Source: a bacterium
GTDB taxonomy: Bacteria > JADJOY01
Direction of reading: 5' to 3'
Length of the DNA: 64,000 nt
NCBI GenBank assembly: GCA_046331705.1
Contig: JAXLQJ010000013.1
Span: 62,001 to 126,000, forward strand
The position numbers and the translations under genes were made by a program. Of the stretch, positions 20,301 through 27,506 are shown one piece after another (position 1 is the stretch's first letter; each line of letters starts with the position of its first letter). Below the pieces are notes generated by a model. It saw nothing but the letters and a program-made list of their open reading frames with translations. It ran no database searches and was not told where the DNA came from.

Positions 20301-20630
20301 GGCGAGCTCGAGCGGCTCGCGCACGAGCTGGCGACGCGGGACCGCGATCTCGCCTGGTATCGAACGGAGGCCGAGTCCAAGGAGCGCGCGCTCTGCGAGG
20401 CCCGCGAGCGCGCGAGCCAGGATCGCGCGAACGCCGACGCGCTCGCCCACGCGCTCGCCGCCCACGACGACGCACAGCGAGCACTCGAGGCCGAGCTGCG
20501 ACGGCTGAAGGCCACCCCCATGCTGCGGTTGTGGCTACGACTCTGGGGCCGTCGCACCGAGCGCGACGACGCTCCCGGCATTGCGAGCCCGGTCACCACC
20601 CCGCCCCCACCCACGGAGCGCGACCGATGA
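17385..20630 (+). CDS. GT4 glycosyltransferase with a very long C-terminal coiled coil
   Basis: GT-B domain (GGVFWPW, ERELSFSFRVIDYLAASLPVV, YAWD) followed by about 650 E/R/A/L-rich heptad residues ending in the amphipathic PMLRLWLRLWGRR. Confidence 0.85.
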   Translation: MDVLILMQGMVPIPGHPVTGNGLRAHALAEGLACHGHRVRLATRAIDADAVDPALLPAETLRYDDASSIPDLIAGSAAEAVLVCHAELLEQLPDPSPVPVIADLYGPRLVEAQFERADLDREGARFVEQLRRADAFLVATERQRWFALPWLMLAGFDCRKPPVLVVPLSANPRPPLRFHRKPVADLTFVTGGVFWPWRESEAPLTRLLGVLERAGRGHVQLFGGSYPLATEANVTYRDPRATVAPHPRLRFQGMVAYDRLFEHYARAQVAFDVMEPNAERELSFSFRVIDYLAASLPVVTNRFTEIAAVIEASEAGWCVDVEAPGELEQTLERILADPGEVARRGANARRLVETRYAWDRTVEPLDRYLRAPTRAARGASVLGTLVQVAGEAYRAREDRLREIERSRQAVRRAEELDQALAALRQADAERANEASLMRAELEARSRDLESLKEQAAAWRRDGAVQAAELDGLRETVARKQRQVEETIELRDRARREAEALTHRLDALEQAVRHHEKVGRELEAERERLAREADALRAERDREREREQERVAEGLERREQARRESEALAHRVATLEQELRHHEKRVRELDVERERAVREADGLRAERDRERERVVEGLERREQARRESEALAHRIETLEQELRHHEKRIRELDAERERAAREADATCVERDRERARVAELVGSLREATDSTREARAARDQLEDELRGVRAQAEHRVEQLRDAIAHRDTEAQRHKAALAEAEHERERGAEERKQLALQLERVDAKAVEAERRLEHAREQLAARELEVARARGVAADAERERDRLAQESQALTRARDALEAKAHQLEQRLEARGAEIEELARQVATLRGEIEVRTAEIARKHAELEAATRERDHERSRGAARDEEIRKLKDLVSDRERERDRAHADAQDLRVRVETLTRDLHEAGVAARAQTERAAHELESTRAALTHEREARGSAETALEGLRTEAHEARARHQGELERLAHELATRDRDLAWYRTEAESKERALCEARERASQDRANADALAHALAAHDDAQRALEAELRRLKATPMLRLWLRLWGRRTERDDAPGIASPVTTPPPPTERDR
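18861..19424 (+). repeat. Intragenic tandem repeat, three units (201 nt, 189 nt, partial)
   Basis: Units start at 18861, 19062 and 19251, each encoding ARRE[AS]EAL.HR...LEQ..RHHEK..REL..ERER..READ...ERDRER. Confidence 0.9.
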
Positions 20631-21730
20631 AGACCATCCCCCCGGAGCACCCGATCCGATTCGGCATCGTCGGCTCGGGCTACATCTCCCAAACCCACGT
20701 CGACTCGCTGCGCCGCGTTCCCGGCGCGATCGTCACCTGGTCGTGGTCGCGCAGCGCCGAACGGGCGCGAGCCTTCGCCGAGGCGAATGGCATCCCCCGC
20801 TTCACCACCTCGTGGCGCGAGATCGTCGAGGCCGACGACGTCGACGCGATCTGCGTCAACACACCCAACTACCTCCACGGCGCGGTGATCCTGGCGGCCG
20901 CCGCCGCCGGCAAGCACGTGATCTGCGAGAAGCCGCTGACGCTCGACCTCGACGAGGCACGGCGCTGCATCGCCGCCTGCGCCGACGCGGGCGTGATCCT
21001 GGGCTACGCCGAGGAGCTCTGCTTCGTGCCCAAGTTCGTGCGCGCCAAGCAATTGCTCGATCAAGGCGCGTTCGGCGACGTCTACATGGTGCGCCAGTCC
21101 GAGAAGCACGCCGGTCCGTACTCGCCCTGGTTCTTCCAGCGCGACCAGGCCGGCGGCGGCATCGTGATGGACATGGGCTGCCACGCCATCGAGTACTGCC
21201 GCTGGTTGCTCGGCAAACCCCGGATCACCGCCGTCACCGCTCACATGGCCACGTACCTGCACGGCGCCATCACCGAGCTCGAGGACCACGTGATCGCCCT
21301 GCTGGAGATCGAGGGCGGCAAGCTCGCGGTCGTCGAGAGCTCGTGGGCGCTCAAGGGCGGCATGAGCTCGATCGTCGAGATCTACGGAACCGCGGGCGTG
21401 CTGAAGACCGACCTCACCCTCGGCAGCGGCATCCAGGTGTTCAGCGAGCCCGGCTACGATGGCGCCGGCGACGAGCGCCGCGGCTGGAGCTCGCCCATGT
21501 ACGAAGAGCTCTGGCAGAACGGCTATCCCCAGGAGATGCAGCACTTCGTCGATTGCATCCGCACCGGCGCGGCGCCCATGGAATCGGGCGAGGACGGCCT
21601 GGCGGTGCTCGAGATCATGCTGGCGGCCTACGCCTCGGCTGCCGAGGGACGACGGATCGCGCTCCCCTACACTCCGCCGCCAGGCACCGCGTTTCCCGTC
21701 GACCTCTGGCTCGCGCGCAAGCGGAGCTGA
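20627..21730 (+). CDS. Gfo/Idh/MocA family oxidoreductase
   Basis: FGIVGSG, TPNYLH, GKHVICEKP and GGGIVMDMGCH motifs. Confidence 0.92.
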   Translation: MKTIPPEHPIRFGIVGSGYISQTHVDSLRRVPGAIVTWSWSRSAERARAFAEANGIPRFTTSWREIVEADDVDAICVNTPNYLHGAVILAAAAAGKHVICEKPLTLDLDEARRCIAACADAGVILGYAEELCFVPKFVRAKQLLDQGAFGDVYMVRQSEKHAGPYSPWFFQRDQAGGGIVMDMGCHAIEYCRWLLGKPRITAVTAHMATYLHGAITELEDHVIALLEIEGGKLAVVESSWALKGGMSSIVEIYGTAGVLKTDLTLGSGIQVFSEPGYDGAGDERRGWSSPMYEELWQNGYPQEMQHFVDCIRTGAAPMESGEDGLAVLEIMLAAYASAAEGRRIALPYTPPPGTAFPVDLWLARKRS

Positions 21731-21787
21731 GCTCGCGCCTCGAGCGCGGACCGGCGACGACCCGATCCCGCGCGCGGACTCTTCGTC

Positions 21788-22786
21788 ATGGATCTCTTCC
21801 TGGGCGTGGATGGTGGTGGCAGCAAGACGCTGGCGTGCGTCGCCGACGTCCGCGGTCACGTGCTCGGCGTGGGACGTGCGAGCGGATCGAATTTCCAGGT
21901 CGTCGGCGAGGATGGCGCCGCCTACGCGGTCCAGCTCGCGTCCCAGCGCGCGCTCGCGGCGGCCGCGGTGCGCTCCGCCCAGGTCGTGGCCGCGTGCTAC
22001 GGCCTGTGCGGCGCCGATCGCGAGAAGGATTTCGCGGTGTGCAGAAGGTGGCTCGCCGCGGTGAGCCCGGTTCGCGACTTCGAGCTCACCAACGACACCA
22101 CCATCGCGCTGCGCGCGGGCACCACCGACGGCGTCGGCATCGGCTTGGTGGCGGGAACCGGCGCGAACCAGATCGGCGTCAATCGACGAGGCGTCCTCGA
22201 GAAGGTCGGCGGTCTCGCACGCGTGCTGGGCGATTCGGGAGGCGCGCTCGACATCGGCGAGCAAGCGGTGGCGGCGGCCATGCGCGGTCACGACGGGCGC
22301 GGCGAGCCGACGGTGCTCCACGAGCGGATCGTCGCGTTCCTCGAGCTGGATGCGCTCGAGGACCTGATCGAGGCCTACTTCGTGGGCGCGCACCGGGTCT
22401 TCGATCCCGCTCGGCTCGCCCCGCTGGTGTTCGAGGCCGCCCACCAGGGCGACGCGGTGGCGCGCCGGCTGGTGGCGGCAGCAGGCGCCGAGGCCGCGTG
22501 CTGCGCCAACGTGCTGTTGCGGCGGCTCTTCGCGCCGGACGAGCGGGTGCCCATCGTGCTCGGCGGCAGCCTGTGGCAACGCGCCCGCAACGAGGTGATG
22601 TTCGACGCGCTCCGCGCCGGGCTCGATCCGAGCTACCCCTTCGTCGAGCTGTGCCGCCTCGACGTCGAACCGGTGCTCGGCGGAGTGCTCTACGCGCTCG
22701 ACGCACGGGCGGGCGGGCGCGCGTCGCCGGAGGTGCGCGCGCGGCTCGCCGAGACCTACCGCCATCCCCCATCGGAGGACGCATGA
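21788..22786 (+). CDS. BadF/BadG/BcrA/BcrD-family sugar kinase (N-acetylglucosamine kinase-like)
   Basis: LGVDGGGSKT, ND, VAGTG and LGDSGG motifs. Confidence 0.88.
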   Translation: MDLFLGVDGGGSKTLACVADVRGHVLGVGRASGSNFQVVGEDGAAYAVQLASQRALAAAAVRSAQVVAACYGLCGADREKDFAVCRRWLAAVSPVRDFELTNDTTIALRAGTTDGVGIGLVAGTGANQIGVNRRGVLEKVGGLARVLGDSGGALDIGEQAVAAAMRGHDGRGEPTVLHERIVAFLELDALEDLIEAYFVGAHRVFDPARLAPLVFEAAHQGDAVARRLVAAAGAEAACCANVLLRRLFAPDERVPIVLGGSLWQRARNEVMFDALRAGLDPSYPFVELCRLDVEPVLGGVLYALDARAGGRASPEVRARLAETYRHPPSEDA

Positions 22787-24045
22787 AGATCGCCGTGATC
22801 GGCGGCGGCTCGACCTACACGCCCGAGCTGCTCGACGGCCTCATCGATCGCCGCGCCACGCTCGACCTCGAAGCCGTCGTGCTCCACGACATCGACGCCG
22901 AGCGCCTGAGTGCCGTGACCGGCTTCTGCGAGCGGATGGCCGCGCACCGCGGTGCCGAGGGCTTGATCCACTCCACGCTGGACCGCGATCGGGCCCTGGC
23001 GGGCGCGTCCTTCGTCATCAACCAGGTGCGCGTCGGCGGACAGCGTGCGCGCCACGCCGACATCACGCTCAGCCTCGAGTTCGGGCTGATCGGTCAGGAA
23101 ACGACCGGCATGGGCGGGTTCGCGAAGGCCCTGCGCACCATCCCGGTGACGCTCGACCTGTGCCGCGCGATGCAGCGCATCTGCCCGGACGCCTGGCTCC
23201 TCAACTTCACCAATCCGAGCGGCCTGGTGACCGAGGCGATCCTCGACCACGGGGGAGTGAAGGCGCTGGGGCTCTGCAACGTGCCGATGGACGCGCGCAT
23301 GGCGCTCTCGACGCACCTGGGAGCGAGCCCCGAACGCATCGACCTCGACTACGTCGGCCTCAACCACCTGTCGTGGATCCGGCGCGTGACCCTCGACGGC
23401 GCCGACGTGACGGGCACGGTGCTCGAGGCGCTCGCGGGCGGCGCTCCCGCGAACCTGCCCGACCTCATCGATCCGCCGTGGCTGGTGCGCGCGGTCGGCG
23501 GATTCCCGCTCTATTACCTGCGTTTCTTCTATCACCGCGCCGCGATGCTCGCCGGCCTCGCCGCCGCGCCCAGATCGCGCGCGCAGGAAGTCATGGAGAT
23601 CGAGGAGCGCCTGCTCGCGATCTACCGCGATCCCCGCCAGCACGAGAAGCCCGCGGCGCTCGGGGAGCGCGGCGGTGCCTACTACTCGGTGGTCGCGGTC
23701 GAGCTGATCGAGGCCATCCACGGCGATCTCGGCACGGAGCAGATCGTGAACCTGCGCAACGACGGCGCGATCCCGAACGTCGAGGCGAAAGCGGTGGTGG
23801 AGATCCCCGCGCGCATCGGCCGCGCGCGCGCATGGCCGCGCGCGACCGCGCCGCTCACGCCCGCGCAGCTCGGATTGCTGTGTGCGGTGAAGAGCTACGA
23901 GCAGCTCACGATCCAAGCGGCCGTCGAGCAGAGCCGCGACGCGGCGATCGCCGCCATGCTCGTGCACCCGCTCGGTCCGGACGCGGATCGCGTCGCCGCG
24001 CTGCTCGACCGGATCATCGAGAAAGACCACCTCACGCTGCGCTGA
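22783..24045 (+). CDS. GH4 family 6-phospho-beta-glucosidase
   Basis: MKIAVIGGGSTYTPEL, GQETTGMGGFAKALRTIP, NFTNPSG, GLCN, GLNH and RGGAYYS motifs. Confidence 0.93.
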   Translation: MKIAVIGGGSTYTPELLDGLIDRRATLDLEAVVLHDIDAERLSAVTGFCERMAAHRGAEGLIHSTLDRDRALAGASFVINQVRVGGQRARHADITLSLEFGLIGQETTGMGGFAKALRTIPVTLDLCRAMQRICPDAWLLNFTNPSGLVTEAILDHGGVKALGLCNVPMDARMALSTHLGASPERIDLDYVGLNHLSWIRRVTLDGADVTGTVLEALAGGAPANLPDLIDPPWLVRAVGGFPLYYLRFFYHRAAMLAGLAAAPRSRAQEVMEIEERLLAIYRDPRQHEKPAALGERGGAYYSVVAVELIEAIHGDLGTEQIVNLRNDGAIPNVEAKAVVEIPARIGRARAWPRATAPLTPAQLGLLCAVKSYEQLTIQAAVEQSRDAAIAAMLVHPLGPDADRVAALLDRIIEKDHLTLR

Positions 24046-24171
24046 AGGGCGCCCGCAACACGCGATTTCGGTGGCGTGGCGCGCCGCTTTTCGATAGGTT
24101 GACCGCCACGGCACGCGAGGCCTCGCGCCGCCGAGAACCCACAACCGGAAGTCCGTCGAGGAAGAGCAGCC

Positions 24172-25224
24172 ATGAACTCGTCCACCAACCCGATTCGACG
24201 TGCGAGCCGCATCGCGCTGTGCGCCGCGCTCGCGCTGGGCACCAGCCTGACCGGTCACGCCCTCGCCGCGGACGATGCCGCGGCGAAGCAGACGATCAAG
24301 CTCGCGACCATCCTGCCCGACGGCGCGCCCGGCACCACCGAGCTGCGCGGTGCTGCCGACGCCATCAAGAAAGCCAGCGGCGACAAGGTCGAGCTCAAGC
24401 TCTATCTCGGCGTTTCCGGCGACGAGAAGGACATCGTCAAGAAGCTCAAGATCAACCAGCTGCAGGCGGCGCACCTCACCGGGCTCGGGCTGGCGGAGAT
24501 CCTGCCTTCCATCCACGTCCTCGACCTGCCGTTCTTCTTCACGAGCTACGCCGAGGTCGACCACGTCTACGAGAACATCTTCGCCCACTTCCAGCAGGCG
24601 TTCCGCGAGAAGGGCTTCGAGTTCCTGGGCTTCACCGAGACCGGTTTCGTCTACATGTACAGCAACCTGAAGATCGAGAACCTCGCCCAGCTCCAGCAGG
24701 CGAAGATCTGGGCGGCCGAGGGTGACCCGCTGACCGCGGCATTCGTCGGCGAGGCCAAGATGCAGGCGGTGCCGCTCGGGATCCCCGACGTGCTGCAGTC
24801 GCTCCAGACGGGCCTCATCGACACCGTGTACGGTCCGCCCTCGGGCATGATCGGGCTGCAGTGGTTCACCAAGGTGAAGTACGTGCAGACCGTGCCGTTC
24901 GTGCACGCCACCGGCGGCGTGGTGATGTCGAAGAAGGCCTTCGACGCGCTCGCCCCCGAGCTTCAGGCTTCGCTCACCAAGACGATGGCCGAGCAGGCCA
25001 AGCTCATCACCCAATCGCTGCGCAAGGTGAACGAGGACTCGAAGGAAGAGATCCGGAAGTCCGGAGTCGCGGACCTGCCCAAGCCGAGCGACGAGTTCTG
25101 GGCCCAGTTCAAGGACATCTCGAACCGCGTGACCGAGAACCAGGCCGGAAACCTCTACACAAAGGAGCTTCTCGACAAGGTTCGCAAGCTCCGCGACGAG
25201 GCGCCGAAGACCGCGGCGAAGTGA
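24172..25224 (+). CDS. dctP: TRAP transporter substrate-binding protein (DctP, TatP-like)
   Basis: Signal peptide, IKLATILPDG, GDEKDIVKKLKINQL, LDLPFFF and LQTGLID motifs. Confidence 0.85.
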   Translation: MNSSTNPIRRASRIALCAALALGTSLTGHALAADDAAAKQTIKLATILPDGAPGTTELRGAADAIKKASGDKVELKLYLGVSGDEKDIVKKLKINQLQAAHLTGLGLAEILPSIHVLDLPFFFTSYAEVDHVYENIFAHFQQAFREKGFEFLGFTETGFVYMYSNLKIENLAQLQQAKIWAAEGDPLTAAFVGEAKMQAVPLGIPDVLQSLQTGLIDTVYGPPSGMIGLQWFTKVKYVQTVPFVHATGGVVMSKKAFDALAPELQASLTKTMAEQAKLITQSLRKVNEDSKEEIRKSGVADLPKPSDEFWAQFKDISNRVTENQAGNLYTKELLDKVRKLRDEAPKTAAK

Positions 25225-25287
25225 CCGAGCACGCACGGTCGGCTGCGAGGCCGATCGCGCCTCGACGAGCGGTGGGGGTCGCAACCC

Positions 25288-26280
25288 TCACCGCTCGTCT
25301 CGTTTCGGCGGCGGCGCGACCGCGAGGGCCGCCGCGTAGAAGTCGCGGTGCGTGACCGTCACGATCCCGAGCGCGGCCGCGCGGGCGAGCAGATGACGGA
25401 CGAGCTCGAGCTCGGGATCGCCCCGCAGGCTGCTCCAGTCGTGAGCGCAATAGCTCCAGACGCGGTTGCGCGACGCCACGATCGCGAGCTCCTCGTCGAG
25501 GAGCCGGCGATAGCCCGCCACGTCGTCCCAGCCGTGGGTCTCGCGCCACAACGCGTCCTGCCAGCCCTGGATCGGGATCTCGAGGATGCGGGGGAAGCCT
25601 TGCAGGGCGTACCAACGCGGCTGGACGTCGAAGTCGACCGGCTGCCAATCGTCCGCGTTCCGCGCGTACGAGCGAACGAACACGAAGCCCGCGCGATCGA
25701 GCGAGGCGAGCAGGTCGGGGCGATCGGCGAGCCCGCGATGGGCCCCGTACGGGATGGTGATGCCGCTGGGCGCGCGCCCCAGCACCGACCGCACGGCGGC
25801 CACACTGCGCTCGAGGGAATGCTCGATCGCCGCGGACTCCGCCGCCGCCAGGAAGCGCGTGCCCGCCGGGCTGCGCTCCACGAGCGGCTTGAGCCGCTCG
25901 TGGGTGTAGGTGTGCGACTCGACCTCGAAGAGCGGATCGGCCTCCAGCGCACGAAACGGCGCCGCCGCGTGCTCGAGCGTCCAGCCGGTGGGGAAGAACG
26001 TGGCCGGTGCGCGCGCCGCGCGGTGGATCGCGGCGGCCTTGCGGAGGAACTCGGCGGTGTCGTCGAGACCGCTGGCCTCGACGTCGTAGCCGACGAGCAG
26101 CACGCCGTGTCCCCGGCTCATGAGCGCCGTTCGATCGAGGTCGATCGTGTAGCTCGCGGGATCCACCGGCGGAGGATCCACGGGCAGGATCGCGCGCGGC
26201 GCTGGCTCTCCGGCGCAAGCCGTGACCCACGCGAGCGCCGCCAGCGCGAGCCGGCGCCAGCGCGGCGCCCGCGCGGTCAC
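25288..26280 (-). CDS. Polysaccharide deacetylase (NodB/CE4), probable lipoprotein
   Basis: GYDVE, ATFF, ESHTYTH, PYG, LEIP and AHDW motifs; N-terminal LAALAWVTAC lipobox-like segment. Confidence 0.8.
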   Translation of the reverse strand: MTARAPRWRRLALAALAWVTACAGEPAPRAILPVDPPPVDPASYTIDLDRTALMSRGHGVLLVGYDVEASGLDDTAEFLRKAAAIHRAARAPATFFPTGWTLEHAAAPFRALEADPLFEVESHTYTHERLKPLVERSPAGTRFLAAAESAAIEHSLERSVAAVRSVLGRAPSGITIPYGAHRGLADRPDLLASLDRAGFVFVRSYARNADDWQPVDFDVQPRWYALQGFPRILEIPIQGWQDALWRETHGWDDVAGYRRLLDEELAIVASRNRVWSYCAHDWSSLRGDPELELVRHLLARAAALGIVTVTHRDFYAAALAVAPPPKRDER

Positions 26281-27506
26281 GGGTGAAGCCAGGTGGCGCG
26301 CAGCTCGGCCACCGGCGACCAGCCCACGAACACGATCGCGCCCAGGACGAGCAGCGCCGCCAGGTAGCGCCGGAGCTGCTCGACGCTCGGATAGAAAGCG
26401 AGCAGCACCCGCAGGTCCTCCCGCTCGACGAGCTTGCGAGCGCCGAAGACCGCCGCCGCGAAGAGCAGCGGGCTCGCGAGCGCCGCCCAGCTCGCGTCGA
26501 GCACCGTGCCCTCCGCGGGCGCCATCGCGCCCCCGACCAGCAACGCGGGCAACGCCAGCAGCAGGTGGAGCGGCGCGAGCAGCGGTAGCAGCGCGAGCGG
26601 CAACGACAGCGCGAGCCAAGCCCCCAGCGCGCCAACGCCGAGCCCCGCCACGCTCGCTCCCGCGGCGAGCGGCGCGAGCGGGACGCCGAGCACCGAGAGC
26701 GGCCACCACCAGGCGCAGACGAGCCAGCTCGCGGAGATCGCGCAGGCCGCCGCGCCCACGCGACGCTCGCGAAGCACCACGAGCAGGTAGCCGCCCAGCA
26801 TCACGCCGATGACGGCGGCGCGCGGATCGCACGCCAGCGCGGCGCACCCGGCGACAGCGCCGGCGCGCCAGCGCGTCTCGCGGAACGCGACCAGTGCCGC
26901 GAGCAGCAAGGGACCCGCGAAGGCCGCGGGATCGACGCCGGCGCGAGCGACGTCGCGCAGCGGAGTGTAGGCCAGGTACGCGACCGCGAGCGCGGCGACC
27001 AGCGCCGGATCGCCGAGCTCGCGCTTGGCGAGGCGCGCCAGCGGCAGCGCTCCCGCGGCCACCACCGCAGCCTGCAGCACCAGCAGCAGCGAGCTCCCGA
27101 ACGCGTGGCTGGACGTCTGGGCTCGATGCGCCAGCGCCGTCGCCGCCATCACCAGCGCGCTCGCCAGCACGGCCACGGGCACGAACCGCGCATCCGTGGT
27201 CCAGCGGCTCGCCATCCACTCGCCCAGTCGCAACACCGCCGGCACCTCGCGCAACGGGGTGACGGGATCGAGCGACCGTCGCAACAGCAACGCCGCCACG
27301 ATCGCGATCCCCACGCCGGTGAGCCCGGGTGCGCGCGCCGCACCCTCGCGAGCCGCGGGCGGCAGCCAGCCGGTCACGATCAGCAGCAGCCAGACGAAGC
27401 CCAGCGCCCCGCCGAGCCGATCGAGCGCTCGCACCGCGCGGCGCCGCGCTCGGCGCCAGCGCAAGCGCTCGACGACGGCTCGCTCCGCGGCCGTGGCGCC
27501 GCTCAC
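26277..27506 (-). CDS. Polytopic membrane protein, DUF2079/GT-C-like
   Basis: Many TM segments; LLLVLQA..A.GALPL..LA and LAVAYLAY.PL motifs typical of DUF2079. Confidence 0.55.
   Translation of the reverse strand: MSGATAAERAVVERLRWRRARRRAVRALDRLGGALGFVWLLLIVTGWLPPAAREGAARAPGLTGVGIAIVAALLLRRSLDPVTPLREVPAVLRLGEWMASRWTTDARFVPVAVLASALVMAATALAHRAQTSSHAFGSSLLLVLQAAVVAAGALPLARLAKRELGDPALVAALAVAYLAYTPLRDVARAGVDPAAFAGPLLLAALVAFRETRWRAGAVAGCAALACDPRAAVIGVMLGGYLLVVLRERRVGAAACAISASWLVCAWWWPLSVLGVPLAPLAAGASVAGLGVGALGAWLALSLPLALLPLLAPLHLLLALPALLVGGAMAPAEGTVLDASWAALASPLLFAAAVFGARKLVEREDLRVLLAFYPSVEQLRRYLAALLVLGAIVFVGWSPVAELRATWLHP

Noticed and set aside
20581-24045. 1154-aa ORF as a giant GH4 fusion
   Set aside because: The upstream part is an off-frame overlap of the Gfo and kinase genes; the true GH4 begins at 22783 after a GGAGG RBS.
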